Positions 1 through 9,454 of a stretch of 34,585 nt of DNA are shown here, one piece after another. This DNA is from Pleomorphomonadaceae bacterium. Its GTDB lineage: Bacteria; Chloroflexota; Limnocylindria; QHBO01. The translations under genes and the position numbers were made by a program. The stretch covers positions 1-34,585 of the forward strand of contig DATKBC010000116.1 of the NCBI GenBank assembly GCA_035514415.1. The letters are read 5' to 3'. A model generated the notes under the pieces. It worked only from the letters and a program-made list of their open reading frames with translations, was not told where the DNA came from and searched no databases. The stretch's first letter is position 1; the number at the start of each line of letters is the position of its first letter.

Positions 1-1017
1 CTGACCGACCGCCAGGCGCTGGCCGAGCTGTCGGGACAGGTCCACGCGGCGTCGGACGCGTATCGGCGCAGCCTGGGCGTCCCCGCCCCGGCGGGGAGTC
101 CCGGCATCCAGCTGTCGACCCTGATCCCGTCGTGGATCCCGCTGCGCCCGCCATCGGTCCACCTGGTGGCCGAGTCGGACGGGGCGCTGATCGGCTCGTG
201 CCGGGCTATCACCGAGCCGCACCGCGACGACTGGGTGATCATCGCGCTGGACGCCGCCGACGGGCCGATGGCCGGCGAGGTGCGCTGGGCACTCCTGGAG
301 GCCCTCATTGGGGAAGGGGCCAAGCGCGACGTGGCGCGCTATCACGTGGCCTGCGCCGACGTGCCCGAGAACCTGCAGCTGTTCGGGACGGCCGGCTTCA
401 TGGCCTACGCGCAGGAGGAGATCCTGTACCGCCCGGCCGAGGAGCCGGGGAGCAGCGGACGGAGCTGGCTGCGCCGCAGCTTCCGGAATCGGCTGCCGAG
501 GCGGGCAGCCGTCGCCGCGGACATCACTCTCCAGCCCGCCGGGGCGCCTGACGCGTGGCACCTGTTCGACCTGTGGAGCCACTGCACCCCGCCCGCCATC
601 GCGCGGGTGGAGGACTACCGCGCCGCGGATTGGGAATCGGCGGGCCACGAGGCCATCGTCCCCCGCTCCAGCCTGAACCCCATCCTGCACTTCTCCGCCG
701 TCAGTGCCTGGCTGGCGCCACTCGACCAGCGGGCCGGCGGGTTCGCCCAGCACGGGGCCAGCCGGGTGGGCCCGCACTACCTGCGCTTCCTGATCCGTGA
801 GGGGACCGACGGGGCCGCGCTGCTGAATGCGGTCCTGGGGCGCCTGCCCGCGGACGCGCTGGCCGCCGGGATCCTGGCTCCGGTGCGAACATACGAGTCG
901 GCGGGACTGCAGGCCGCCGCGGACGCGGGCTTCGCACCGGTGGGGCGCGTCACCCTGCTGGTACGCGAGGTGCGGGCCACGGCCCGTCAACCGGCGATGG
1001 TGCCGGCGGTCAATTGA
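1..1017 (+). CDS. GNAT-like acetyltransferase-domain protein, 5' end outside window
   Basis: Frame 1 is open from nt 1 ([13 protein letters not shown]...), so the listed ORF 166..1017 starts at an internal GTG. The segment [17 protein letters not shown]...VIIALD...[19 protein letters not shown] resembles a GNAT core. The C-terminal ~170 aa are unassigned. The stop at 1015-1017 overlaps the next start (TTGA). Confidence 0.45.
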   Translation: MTDRQALAELSGQVHAASDAYRRSLGVPAPAGSPGIQLSTLIPSWIPLRPPSVHLVAESDGALIGSCRAITEPHRDDWVIIALDAADGPMAGEVRWALLEALIGEGAKRDVARYHVACADVPENLQLFGTAGFMAYAQEEILYRPAEEPGSSGRSWLRRSFRNRLPRRAAVAADITLQPAGAPDAWHLFDLWSHCTPPAIARVEDYRAADWESAGHEAIVPRSSLNPILHFSAVSAWLAPLDQRAGGFAQHGASRVGPHYLRFLIREGTDGAALLNAVLGRLPADALAAGILAPVRTYESAGLQAAADAGFAPVGRVTLLVREVRATARQPAMVPAVN

Positions 1018-2741
1018 GTCGGCAACGGAGCGCGGAGGAACGCGTGGCGAAACTCGAAACCACCGACGACCTCGAGGCCCTGCTGGGGGCGCTCCCTCCG
1101 GAGATCATCGAGCGCGTCCGCGGCCTGGGGTCGCGGGCCGACCTGCTGGAAGTCGTCCTGGACCTCGGCCGCCGGCCGGAAGCCCGCTTCACGCACGGTG
1201 AGGAGCTTCTCCTGGAGCGGGAGGTGACCGAGGCCGACATCGGCTGGGTCGTCGACCGCATCGGCGCCTTCGGCGACGACAACCGGGCCGGCATCGAGCG
1301 CACCCTGCATCGGATCAGCGCCATCCGGAATCGGTCCGGCAAGGTGGTGGGCCTGACCTGCCGCATCGGGCGGGCCGTGTTCGGGACCATCGACATCATC
1401 CGCGACATCGTGGAGTCGGGGCAGAGCCTGCTCATCCTGGGCCGGCCGGGCATCGGCAAGACGACCATGCTGCGCGAGGTGGCCCGCGTGCTTGCCGATG
1501 ACTTGGGCAAGCGGGTGGTGGTGGTCGACACCTCCAACGAGATCGCGGGCGACGGGGACATCCCCCATCCGGGGATCGGTGACGCGCGGCGGATGCAGGT
1601 CCGGACCCCCACCGAGCAGCACGCGGTGATGATCGAGGCGGTCGAGAACCACATGCCCGAGGTCATCGTCATCGACGAGATCGGGACCGAGCTGGAGGCG
1701 GCCGCGGCACGGACCATCGCCGAGCGGGGCGTCCAGCTGGTGGGCACCGCCCACGGCAACACCCTGGACAACCTCATGCTCAACCCGACCCTGTCCGACC
1801 TCATCGGCGGGATCCAGACCGTGACCCTGGGCGACGAGGAGGCCCGCCGGCGCGGGACCCAGAAGAGCGTGCTGGAGCGCAAGGCGCCGCCGACGTTCGA
1901 CGTGGTGGTCGAGATCGTGGAGCGCGACCGGGTCATCGTGCACCGCAGCGTGGCCGAGACGATCGACGCCATCCTGCGCGGCCACATGGTGCCGCCCGAG
2001 TCGCGCTGGCGGGACGAGGCCGGCGAGGTGCGTGCCGCGACCAAGTACGACTACCGGATCCACGAAGCCGCCTCCAACAGCTCGATGTTCGTGACTCCCG
2101 AGCATGGCGGACACGGCACGTTCACCCGGCGCAGCGGCCTGTCGGGGCTGCGGCCGCTCCCCGGCGGGCGGGGCCAGGGGTCGATCGAGGAAGCGATGCT
2201 CGCATCGGACGTGTCATCGGATGCGGCCCAATCCACCACCGTACGTGAGCGCGAAACGCGCGTGGCGAGCATGCGGCCGATGGCCGTGTTCCCGTACGGG
2301 GTCAGCCGCAAGCGCCTGGAGCAGGCGGTTCGGGAGCTGGGCGTGCCGGTCACGGTGGCCCGCGAGCTGGATGAGGCGGACGCGGTCATCACCCTGCGCA
2401 CCTACTACCGTCGCAAGCCACCGGCTCTGCGCGACGCGGAAGCGGGCGGCACCCCGCTCTTCGTGCTCAAGACGAACACCCTGCTCCAGATGGAGTCCAT
2501 GCTCGCCAACCTGTACGAGCTGGAGGCCAATCCACAGGAAGCCGCCCTGCGGGAGACGGCGGAGGCCATCGGCCTGGTGCAGGAAAGCGGCCGATCGATG
2601 GAGCTGGCGCCCCAGAACGCCTACGTGCGGCGTCTCCAGCACCAGATGGCCGAGCAGCACAACCTCATGAGCCGCTCGCGGGGCAGCGAGCCGAACCGTC
2701 GGGTTCAGCTCCTTCCCGACGAGGGGCGCGCCTGGCGCTGA
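1014..2741 (+). CDS. AAA-type ATPase of the SpoIIIAA/Ycf45 family, probably with a C-terminal R3H-like nucleic-acid-binding domain
   Basis: Walker A is GRPGIGKTT and Walker B is VIVIDEIG. Family-typical blocks are [25 protein letters not shown] and VGTAHGN. The start is TTG 1014 (overlapping the upstream stop) or GTG 1044. Confidence 0.75.
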   Translation: MSRQRSAEERVAKLETTDDLEALLGALPPEIIERVRGLGSRADLLEVVLDLGRRPEARFTHGEELLLEREVTEADIGWVVDRIGAFGDDNRAGIERTLHRISAIRNRSGKVVGLTCRIGRAVFGTIDIIRDIVESGQSLLILGRPGIGKTTMLREVARVLADDLGKRVVVVDTSNEIAGDGDIPHPGIGDARRMQVRTPTEQHAVMIEAVENHMPEVIVIDEIGTELEAAAARTIAERGVQLVGTAHGNTLDNLMLNPTLSDLIGGIQTVTLGDEEARRRGTQKSVLERKAPPTFDVVVEIVERDRVIVHRSVAETIDAILRGHMVPPESRWRDEAGEVRAATKYDYRIHEAASNSSMFVTPEHGGHGTFTRRSGLSGLRPLPGGRGQGSIEEAMLASDVSSDAAQSTTVRERETRVASMRPMAVFPYGVSRKRLEQAVRELGVPVTVARELDEADAVITLRTYYRRKPPALRDAEAGGTPLFVLKTNTLLQMESMLANLYELEANPQEAALRETAEAIGLVQESGRSMELAPQNAYVRRLQHQMAEQHNLMSRSRGSEPNRRVQLLPDEGRAWR

Positions 2742-2748
2742 ACGCACG

Positions 2749-3393
2749 ATGAGCCGCGGCGCGAACCGCGGCGTGTTCATCACCCTGGAGGGTCCCGAAG
2801 GCAGCGGCAAGAGCACCGCCGCCCGCCACCTGGCCGAGTGGCTCCGCACCGAAGGCGTGCCGACGACCCTCACTGCCGAGCCGGGGGGCACCCCGGTGGG
2901 CGAGGAGATTCGGAGGCTCCTGCTCCACATCCGATCCCTCTCGGACGACCTGGATCCCAAGGCCGATGCGCTGCTGTTCGCCGCCGGCCGCGCCCAGCAC
3001 GTGGAGCGTCGCATCCGCCCGGCCCTGTGGCGCGGGGAGTGGGTGGTCTGCGCCCGCTACCTCGACTCGTCCATGGCCTACCAGGGCGGGGGCTATGGCC
3101 TGGACATGGACGAGCTGCGGGAGCTGCAGGCGTTCGCGACAGGCGGCCTCAAGCCGGACCTGACCATCCTGCTGGACGTGCCGGTCGAGATCGGCCTGGG
3201 GCGCAAACGGCGCGACCGATGGAACCGGTTCGAGGACACCGAGAGCGCCGTCTTCTTCGAGCGCGTGCGACGCACGTACCTCGATCTGGCCGCCGCCGAG
3301 CCGGACCGGTACCGGGTCCTGGACGCCTCCGGATCGGTCGACGACACCGACGCAGCCATCCGCGAGCTGGTGGCGCCGCTGCTGCATGGGTAG
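2749..3393 (+). CDS. tmk: dTMP (thymidylate) kinase
   Basis: The P-loop is FITLEGPEGSGKST. Other matches are TAEPGGTPVGEEIR, the DRY-like block ARYLDSSMAYQG, and a LID-region Arg-rich stretch. Confidence 0.9.
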   Translation: MSRGANRGVFITLEGPEGSGKSTAARHLAEWLRTEGVPTTLTAEPGGTPVGEEIRRLLLHIRSLSDDLDPKADALLFAAGRAQHVERRIRPALWRGEWVVCARYLDSSMAYQGGGYGLDMDELRELQAFATGGLKPDLTILLDVPVEIGLGRKRRDRWNRFEDTESAVFFERVRRTYLDLAAAEPDRYRVLDASGSVDDTDAAIRELVAPLLHG

Positions 3394-3408
3394 GGCATAC
3401 TGCGGCCG

Positions 3409-3738
3409 ATGAAGCTGGTCACCGCCGTCGTGCACAGCGAGGACGCCGGAGCCCTCGTCGACGCCCTGCTCGAGAAGGAGTACCGCGCCACCCGGCTGAA
3501 CTCGTCGGGCGGGTTCCTCAAGCAGGGCAATGCCACCATCCTGATCGGGTGCGAAGACGACCAGGTGGACGCGGTGCTGGCTCTCATCAGCGCCAACTGC
3601 CACGCCCGTAAGCAGTTCGTGAACCCCATGCCCCCGATCATGGAGCCGGGCGAGTTCTACATGCCCTACCCGGTCGAAGTGGAGGTCGGCGGGGCCACCG
3701 TCTTCGTCCTCCCCGTCGAGCGCTTCGAGCGCTTGTAG
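3409..3738 (+). CDS. darA: PII-like cyclic-di-AMP receptor (DarA/PstA, YaaQ family)
   Basis: The protein is 109 aa. MKLVTAVV...TRLNSSGGFLKQGNATILIG...YPVEVEVGGATVFVLPV closely matches my memory of B. subtilis DarA. It sits immediately after tmk, as in Firmicutes. Confidence 0.85.
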   Translation: MKLVTAVVHSEDAGALVDALLEKEYRATRLNSSGGFLKQGNATILIGCEDDQVDAVLALISANCHARKQFVNPMPPIMEPGEFYMPYPVEVEVGGATVFVLPVERFERL

Positions 3739-3752
3739 CAGGACCGATACCG

Positions 3753-4361
3753 ATGAGCGCGCCGCCGCGCGCCTGGGTGGACGAGCTGGAGTTCGGCGCA
3801 CCGGACGTGGTGGCCGTCTGGCGCCTCATCGATCCAGCCGATTTCAGCAAGGACTACTCGGCCACCCGCGCAGAGTTGAGCCAGCGCGCGGGTGCCGGCA
3901 GCGCCCCTCGCGTGCTGGCTGAGCAGGAAGCCATCGCCGACGCGCTGGAGGCGATCCTGGCCGAGATGCCCGATGAACTTCTCCGGGCGCCCGGCGGAGA
4001 GGCGGACTGGAACGTGGCGCAGGCGTTCGCCCATACCACCGGGTCCCGGCGCTATCTGGCTGCCGCTGCCGCCATGGCGGCCCGAGGCGAGTGGCCGGAT
4101 CCTCCGCCGGTCGTGACGCCCGGCATCCCCGGTCCGGCCGATGCCGACCGCGAGACGCTGCTCATCCTGCTGGGGAAGAGCCGCCGATCGATGACCCTTT
4201 CCACGACGGCGATTTCCGGCCACGAGACCGATCCCTGCCCGCTTGACCATCCGCTCATCGGGACTCGGCTGCTCTGCGGCGAGTGGCTCCTGTTCTGCGG
4301 CGTCCACGACCTCATGCACCTCGAGCAGCTCCACGGCCTGCTGGACCGCGCCACCGAATGA
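3753..4361 (+). CDS. DinB-superfamily (DinB_2-like) metal-binding protein
   Basis: It has a helical-bundle-like composition with a WNVAQAFAH block and a C-terminal CGVHDLMHLEQL His pattern typical of DinB-fold proteins. This is weak, by-eye evidence. Confidence 0.4.
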   Translation: MSAPPRAWVDELEFGAPDVVAVWRLIDPADFSKDYSATRAELSQRAGAGSAPRVLAEQEAIADALEAILAEMPDELLRAPGGEADWNVAQAFAHTTGSRRYLAAAAAMAARGEWPDPPPVVTPGIPGPADADRETLLILLGKSRRSMTLSTTAISGHETDPCPLDHPLIGTRLLCGEWLLFCGVHDLMHLEQLHGLLDRATE

Positions 4362-5485
4362 GCGGAGGCGCACGCCCCGCGCCGCTGGTCTTGATGGGTG
4401 CTCCCGCGGCCGACGATGCACCGTTTGGGTCGTACGCGGCGGTCCTCGCCACCGGACGGCATTTGCTGGCCGCGGAGCTCAGCCAGCGGCTGGCCCGCCA
4501 GGGCGCGGCCGTCCAGCTCATCCCGCCGGTTGAGGCAGGCCCGTTTCATTGGGGATCCTGGTACGCGGGCGCGGCCCGTGCCGCTCTGGACGAGGCTGGG
4601 GACCGAGTGGATGCACTCGGCTGGGTTGGCGCCGGGGCCCTCGCCCTGCTCGCGGATGAGGGGTTAGACACCCTTCTGAGCCCGATCGCCGGCGAGGTGG
4701 TCACCAACAACCGCTTCAGCTCCGATGCCTTCGTGGTGGCCGGCGACCTATCGGAGGCGCTCGGAGTACTGTCAGGACTGGGAGCCGACAACAGCGCCCC
4801 GCGGGCGCTGGAAGCGGCCGGCTTCACGATCCGCGACCTGTCGGACGCCCCGTGGACCCGGTTCGACGTCGACACGCCGCTCGATCTGGCCCTGCTCCGG
4901 CTGGCAACTCGCCTCCCCGGCACCCGGGCGCTGGATTCGGCGATCTCCGCCTTCCTCGAAGGCGCACAGATCCCGGGCGGCCGCCCGCTCGCGATCCCAC
5001 GCGTGGATGAGGTCTTCACTGTCCTGCGGAATCGAAACGCGGAGCTGGTAGTGGCCGGCCGCGTCCCGTCGAGCTCGTTCTCCTACCTCGAGGAGCAGGC
5101 CGCCTGCCGGGTCCGCCTCTTCGTCGAGGAGCGCGGAATGCGGGCGGCACCTGCCAACCGCCCCCGGTCGCTCCTTGCCGATTGGGTCACAGAGAGTGGT
5201 GCCGCGTCCCTTGTCGAGCGGCTCATGGACCTGGGCAACGCGGTCATCATCGACACCCGCGTCATCATGGCCGCCCTCGTCGGGTCCGCGGACCCGGCGG
5301 TTTGGCCGGCGCCCGAAGACCGATTCGCGTCCGACCTCGCCGACCCCGCCCACGTGAGCGCTGAGTGGCTCCGCGAGCTGACCACGGCCGCCGCGGCCGC
5401 TTCGGTCCCGTTCCTGCTGGGCGCCCACACCCTGGTCAGCGACGGCCTCCGCATCCTCACCGACGCCTCTTGGCTCGGGCAATAA
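4358..5485 (+). CDS. Hypothetical protein, possibly with an N-terminal MobA/CofC-like nucleotidyltransferase-fold domain
   Basis: I chose the ATG at 4358 because it forms an ATGA overlap with the upstream stop. The ORF-track start at 4283 would overlap by 79 nt in an Arg/Pro-rich stretch. The motif FDVDTPLDLALL resembles the D-x-D-T-P-x-D-L block of MobA-like NTP transferases. The function is unknown. Confidence 0.5.
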   Translation: MSGGARPAPLVLMGAPAADDAPFGSYAAVLATGRHLLAAELSQRLARQGAAVQLIPPVEAGPFHWGSWYAGAARAALDEAGDRVDALGWVGAGALALLADEGLDTLLSPIAGEVVTNNRFSSDAFVVAGDLSEALGVLSGLGADNSAPRALEAAGFTIRDLSDAPWTRFDVDTPLDLALLRLATRLPGTRALDSAISAFLEGAQIPGGRPLAIPRVDEVFTVLRNRNAELVVAGRVPSSSFSYLEEQAACRVRLFVEERGMRAAPANRPRSLLADWVTESGAASLVERLMDLGNAVIIDTRVIMAALVGSADPAVWPAPEDRFASDLADPAHVSAEWLRELTTAAAAASVPFLLGAHTLVSDGLRILTDASWLGQ

Positions 5486-5513
5486 GAGGCAGCCGAGTTC
5501 GTGCTCGAAAGGC

Positions 5514-5541
5514 TTGCCTGATAGACTCTGATCAGTAGATT
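5514..5541 (+). promoter_or_regulatory. Candidate sigma70-type promoter for the nuo operon
   Basis: TTGCCT (5514-5519), a 16 nt spacer, then TAGATT (5536-5541). It lies in the only AT-enriched stretch between the upstream stop (5485) and the nuoA start (5591). Confidence 0.3.
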
Positions 5542-5552
5542 TGATCCGCATT

Positions 5553-5571
5553 GCGGGCCGTAGCGGCCCGC
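5553..5571 (+). other. Perfect 8-bp GC hairpin in the nuoA leader
   Basis: The sequence is gcgggccg-tag-cggcccgc. No U-tract follows it. It lies between the candidate promoter and the nuoA ATG. Confidence 0.5.
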
Positions 5572-5590
5572 TCGAGCGAGCACAACGACG

Positions 5591-5950
5591 ATGGACCAGA
5601 CCGGACTGCTCTATGTCCTGGGATTCGGCTTCGCCGCGACCACGTTCGTGTTCGGGACGATCCTCTTCTCGTGGTTGATCACCCATCGGCGCAAGCAGGC
5701 GCAGAAGGGGCTGCCCTACGAGTGCGGGATCGACACCATCGGAGACACCTGGTCCCGGTTCGGACTGGCGTTCTACCTGTACGCCCTGCTGTTCGTGGCG
5801 TTCGACGTGGAGATCATCTTCATCTACCTCTGGGCGATCGTGATTCGCGACATCACGCTCACCGGCATGATCCTGATGGGCATCTTCCTGGTGGTCCTGA
5901 TGTACGGCGAGTTCTACGCCTGGAAGAAGGGTGACCTGAAATGGCGATAA
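5591..5950 (+). CDS. nuoA: NADH-quinone oxidoreductase subunit A
   Basis: The protein is 119 aa with 3 TM segments. Characteristic blocks are GLPYECGID and [20 protein letters not shown]. Confidence 0.9.
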   Translation: MDQTGLLYVLGFGFAATTFVFGTILFSWLITHRRKQAQKGLPYECGIDTIGDTWSRFGLAFYLYALLFVAFDVEIIFIYLWAIVIRDITLTGMILMGIFLVVLMYGEFYAWKKGDLKWR

Positions 5951-6570
5951 CAACCCCTCCCAAGGCCGACGAGCCGATCGTCATCCCCGATGCCGCCGGC
6001 GACGACCCGCTGCTGTCCGAGTTCGGGATGGAAGCCCACCCCCAGGGCGGGTTCCATGGCCTGCTGGAGGTCATCCCCACCCGGGCCGACTACATCCTGG
6101 ACCTCATCCGGGCCAACTCGCTGTGGCCGCTCCTGTCCGGGCTGTCGTGCTGCGCCATCGAGATGATGAGCACCGCCACCAGTGTCAACGACGTGGACCG
6201 ATTCGGGATGTTCCCCTTCCGCGCCTCACCCCGCCAGGCCGACGTCCTGATCGTGGCCGGCACGCTGACCACCAAGATGGCTGGGCCGCTGGTCCGGCTG
6301 TGGGCCCAGATGCCTGAGCCCAAGTGGTGCGTGGCCATGGGCACCTGCACGACCAGCGGCGGACGCTTCAAGCGCTCCTACAGCGTTGTCCAGGGCGTGG
6401 ATCGGGTCATGCCGGTTGACGTCTACGTGCCGGGTTGCCCGCCAAGACCCGAGGGCCTGATCTACGGGTTGATGAAGCTCCAGGAGCTGGTCAAGCAGCG
6501 TCGCGGCCAGTGGGCCACCTACGCCGACCGGGGGCCGGACCTGCACTCCTGGGAAGGAGACGTGCGCTGA
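5941..6570 (+). CDS. nuoB: NADH-quinone oxidoreductase subunit B (cluster N2)
   Basis: Motifs are [35 protein letters not shown] and VPGCPPRPE. Confidence 0.92.
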   Translation: MAITTPPKADEPIVIPDAAGDDPLLSEFGMEAHPQGGFHGLLEVIPTRADYILDLIRANSLWPLLSGLSCCAIEMMSTATSVNDVDRFGMFPFRASPRQADVLIVAGTLTTKMAGPLVRLWAQMPEPKWCVAMGTCTTSGGRFKRSYSVVQGVDRVMPVDVYVPGCPPRPEGLIYGLMKLQELVKQRRGQWATYADRGPDLHSWEGDVR

Positions 6571-7145
6571 GCGCACCCGCCGCGGCGGGCCCGCTGGTCC
6601 GGCTGCTGAGCGACCGGCTCGCCGACGCGGCGAGCGACCTGTGGACCGACGAGGACACGGTGGAGATCCAGGTTCCCCGCGACAAGATCGTCGAGTCGCT
6701 CCGCACCCTGCGCGATGACGCGGACTTCGGCTTCTTCTTCCTGGCCGATGCGGCCGCGGTCGACTACGGGGTCGGCAACTGGTTCGAGGTTGTCTACCAC
6801 CTGTACTCGGACCGCCACCCCACCTGGCTGCGGGTCCGGGTCAAGGTCGACCGCGAGAATCCCGTGACGCCCACCATCACCTCCCTGTGGGAGGGGGCGA
6901 TGTTCCACGAGCGCGAGATGTACGACATGATGGGCATCGTCTTCGAGGGCAACCGCGACCTGCGGCGGATCTACATGTCGCCCGACTACCGGTCCTTCCC
7001 GCAGCGCAAGGATTTCCTGCTCCCCGATGACGCCGCCGATTCCGCGGCGGCAGGCAACCGCCCGCTGGAGCGGCCCGAAACGTGGGACCTGAGCAAGCTG
7101 GAGGACGCGGCCGCGCACCGCGACGAGCCGGGAGGCCCGGTGTGA
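6567..7145 (+). CDS. nuoC: NADH-quinone oxidoreductase subunit C (start uncertain)
   Basis: Motifs are [40 protein letters not shown] and RKDF. The start is ambiguous. CTG 6567 lies 6 nt after the SD GGAAGGAGA and overlaps the nuoB stop. GTG 6510 and TTG 6435 would overlap nuoB by 61 or 136 nt. There is a C-terminal hydrophilic tail of about 40 aa. Confidence 0.8.
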   Translation: MSAPAAAGPLVRLLSDRLADAASDLWTDEDTVEIQVPRDKIVESLRTLRDDADFGFFFLADAAAVDYGVGNWFEVVYHLYSDRHPTWLRVRVKVDRENPVTPTITSLWEGAMFHEREMYDMMGIVFEGNRDLRRIYMSPDYRSFPQRKDFLLPDDAADSAAAGNRPLERPETWDLSKLEDAAAHRDEPGGPV

Positions 7146-8416
7146 CGACCACCAAATCCCGTCCGGCGCCGGAACAGCCCGGCGAGGAGCCGCGCGTCCC
7201 GGACCCCATTGCCCTGGACGCCATGGCCACCACCGCGCCGCGCCAGGAGTTCTTTGGCTTCGACATCGTCCCGCCGCCGGACCGGCCCCCGCAGACCGAG
7301 CGCGAGATGGAGGTCTACACCCTGGGCGACGGGGAGATGCTCGTCAACATGGGCCCCCAGCACCCGTCCACCCACGGCGTGATGCGCCTGGTGCTCAAGG
7401 TCCGTGGCGAGGTGGTCATCGACATCGACCCCGTGCTCGGCTATCTGCATCGCGGGATCGAAAAGCTGTGCGAAGAGGCGACCTACACCACGGTCCTGAC
7501 CTACGTCGACCCCATGGACTACATGTCGGCCATGCACAACGAGCACGCGCCGGCCATCGCGTTCGAGAGGCTGTACGGGATCCAGGCCCCGCGCCGGGCG
7601 GAGTACATCCGGGCCCTGGTGGTGGAGCTGAACCGGGTGTTCAGCCACGGGCTGATGATGGGCTTCCTGGCGCTCGACATCGGCGGCCTGACCCCCATCC
7701 TGTACGGCTTCATCAACCGCGACGAAGTGGTGGAGATGCTGGCCGCCATCTCCGGTCAGCGGATGCTGTTCAACTTCTTCCGGGTGGGCGGGGTGAATTT
7801 CGACACCAACGACGAGTTCATGTCGCGCCTGGGTCGCTGGCGAGCCAACGTCCTGGACAACATCGAGATGAACGAGAAGATCCTGACCGAGAACGAGATC
7901 TTCCGGGCTCGGACCAGGGGCATGGGCACCCTGACCGGGAAGCAGGCCATCGATCTGGGCGTCAGCGGCCCCAACCTGCGGGCCAGTGGCGTGCCGTTCG
8001 ACGTCCGCAAGGCCCACCCGTACTGCATCTACAACGAGCTTGAGTTCGACGTCATCACCCAGACTGAGGGCGACACCTACGCCCGCTACATGCAGCGCAT
8101 CGCGGAGCTGAAGCAGTCCATCCACCTCATCGACCAGATCGTGGACAAGATGCCCCACGGCCCGGTCCAGGCCCAGGTGCCGGGGATCATCCGCCCTCGC
8201 CCGGGACGGGCCTACGCGGCCATCGAGTCGCCACGTGGGCTGTACAGCGTGTACGCCATCAGTGACGGCGGCCCCAACCCGTATCGGTTCCGGATGCGCG
8301 ACCCCAGCTTCATCAGCCTCCAGGTCATGCCCAAGCTCATGCCCGGGCACCTCATCGCCGACACCATGGCGATCATGGCCAGCCTGGATCCGATCATGGG
8401 CGGCGTGGACAAGTAG
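7142..8416 (+). CDS. nuoD: NADH-quinone oxidoreductase subunit D
   Basis: Motifs are NMGPQHPSTHGVMRL, GYLHRGIEK and ESPRGLYSVY. GTG 7142 overlaps the nuoC stop (GTGTGA). An alternative start is ATG 7223. Confidence 0.9.
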   Translation: MTTTKSRPAPEQPGEEPRVPDPIALDAMATTAPRQEFFGFDIVPPPDRPPQTEREMEVYTLGDGEMLVNMGPQHPSTHGVMRLVLKVRGEVVIDIDPVLGYLHRGIEKLCEEATYTTVLTYVDPMDYMSAMHNEHAPAIAFERLYGIQAPRRAEYIRALVVELNRVFSHGLMMGFLALDIGGLTPILYGFINRDEVVEMLAAISGQRMLFNFFRVGGVNFDTNDEFMSRLGRWRANVLDNIEMNEKILTENEIFRARTRGMGTLTGKQAIDLGVSGPNLRASGVPFDVRKAHPYCIYNELEFDVITQTEGDTYARYMQRIAELKQSIHLIDQIVDKMPHGPVQAQVPGIIRPRPGRAYAAIESPRGLYSVYAISDGGPNPYRFRMRDPSFISLQVMPKLMPGHLIADTMAIMASLDPIMGGVDK

Positions 8417-8425
8417 GCGGCCGAG

Positions 8426-9445
8426 ATGGATCCGGCGACCATCGAGAGTCTGCTCGGCGTCGGCCGTTTCGTGCTGGCCACCACCCTATTGCTGCTGCTG
8501 ACCGTGCCGACCGCGTTTATCGTGGGCCAGCTGGAGCTGAAGATCATCGCCCTCATGCAGCTCCGCTATGGCCCCAACCGGGTCGGCCCGCGCGGGATGT
8601 TCCAGAGTGCGATCCACGGCTTCAAGATCCTGGCCAAGGAGGACCAGACGCCGGATCGAGCCGACGTGCCGGTATTCACCCTGGCGCCGTGGATGGTGTT
8701 CATGGCGGCCGCCATGAGCATGCTGGTCATCCCGTTCGCCCCCGGGTTGGTGGCCTTCGACTCCGACATCGGCGTCATCTTCTTCTTCGCCATCATCGGT
8801 CTGTCAGTGGTCGGGATGCTGGTCGCCGGCTGGGCGAGCTACAACAAGTACGCGCTGCTGGGCGGGCTGCGGAGCGCGGCCCAAATGGTCAGTTACGAGA
8901 TCCCGTTGACCCTGTCCATCGTAGGGGTCGTGGTCCTGACCGGGACGTTGTCGTTCACCCACATCGTCGAATGGCAGCTGGAGCACGGCTGGGCGGTCAT
9001 CTGGCAGCTGGTCGGCTTCCCGATCTTCTTCATCGCCGCGGCCGCGGAGATCAACCGGACCCCGTTCGACATGGTGGAGGCCGATTCGGAGATCGTGGCC
9101 GGCCCGTTCACCGAGTACTCGGGGATGCGATTCGGCTTCTTCTATTTTGCAGAGTACGTCGCACTTTTCATCATGTGCGGCATCCTGGTGACCCTTTTCT
9201 TCGGCGGGTGGCTGGCGCCGTGGCCGTTCCCGGCCCAGCTGGACGGCTTCGCCGGCACCGTGTACGGCCTGTTCTGGTTCTTCCTGAAGACGTACTTCTT
9301 CGTCTTCGTCGCCGTGTGGGTACGGGCTACCCTGCCCCGCGTGCGAGTCGATCAGCTGAGGGGCATGGCCTGGAAGGCGCTCCTACCGCTGGCGCTGATC
9401 AACTTGTTCGTGACCGCCGCGGTGGTCCTGATCTTCAAGCTGTGA
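8426..9445 (+). CDS. nuoH: NADH-quinone oxidoreductase subunit H
   Basis: It is a polytopic membrane protein. Motifs are RYGPNRVGPRGMFQSAIHGFKILAKED, FAEINRTPFDMVEADSEIVAGPFTEYSG and FFFAEY. Confidence 0.92.
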   Translation: MDPATIESLLGVGRFVLATTLLLLLTVPTAFIVGQLELKIIALMQLRYGPNRVGPRGMFQSAIHGFKILAKEDQTPDRADVPVFTLAPWMVFMAAAMSMLVIPFAPGLVAFDSDIGVIFFFAIIGLSVVGMLVAGWASYNKYALLGGLRSAAQMVSYEIPLTLSIVGVVVLTGTLSFTHIVEWQLEHGWAVIWQLVGFPIFFIAAAAEINRTPFDMVEADSEIVAGPFTEYSGMRFGFFYFAEYVALFIMCGILVTLFFGGWLAPWPFPAQLDGFAGTVYGLFWFFLKTYFFVFVAVWVRATLPRVRVDQLRGMAWKALLPLALINLFVTAAVVLIFKL

Positions 9446-9454
9446 CGAGCTGAC

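Noticed and set aside
4283-4357. The ORF-track start at 4283 for the 400-aa hypothetical protein.
   Set aside because: It would create a 79-nt overlap with the DinB-like gene and an Arg/Pro-rich N-terminus. ATG 4358 gives an ATGA coupling.
6986-8350. A 454-aa minus-strand ORF antisense to nuoD. The same applies to 987..2114, 2665..3801, 10243..11571, 20180..21769, 25830..27566 and 28845..30305.
   Set aside because: All of them mirror well-supported plus-strand genes and have a shadow-frame composition rich in R, P, G, A and D. None has SD-start geometry or domain signatures.
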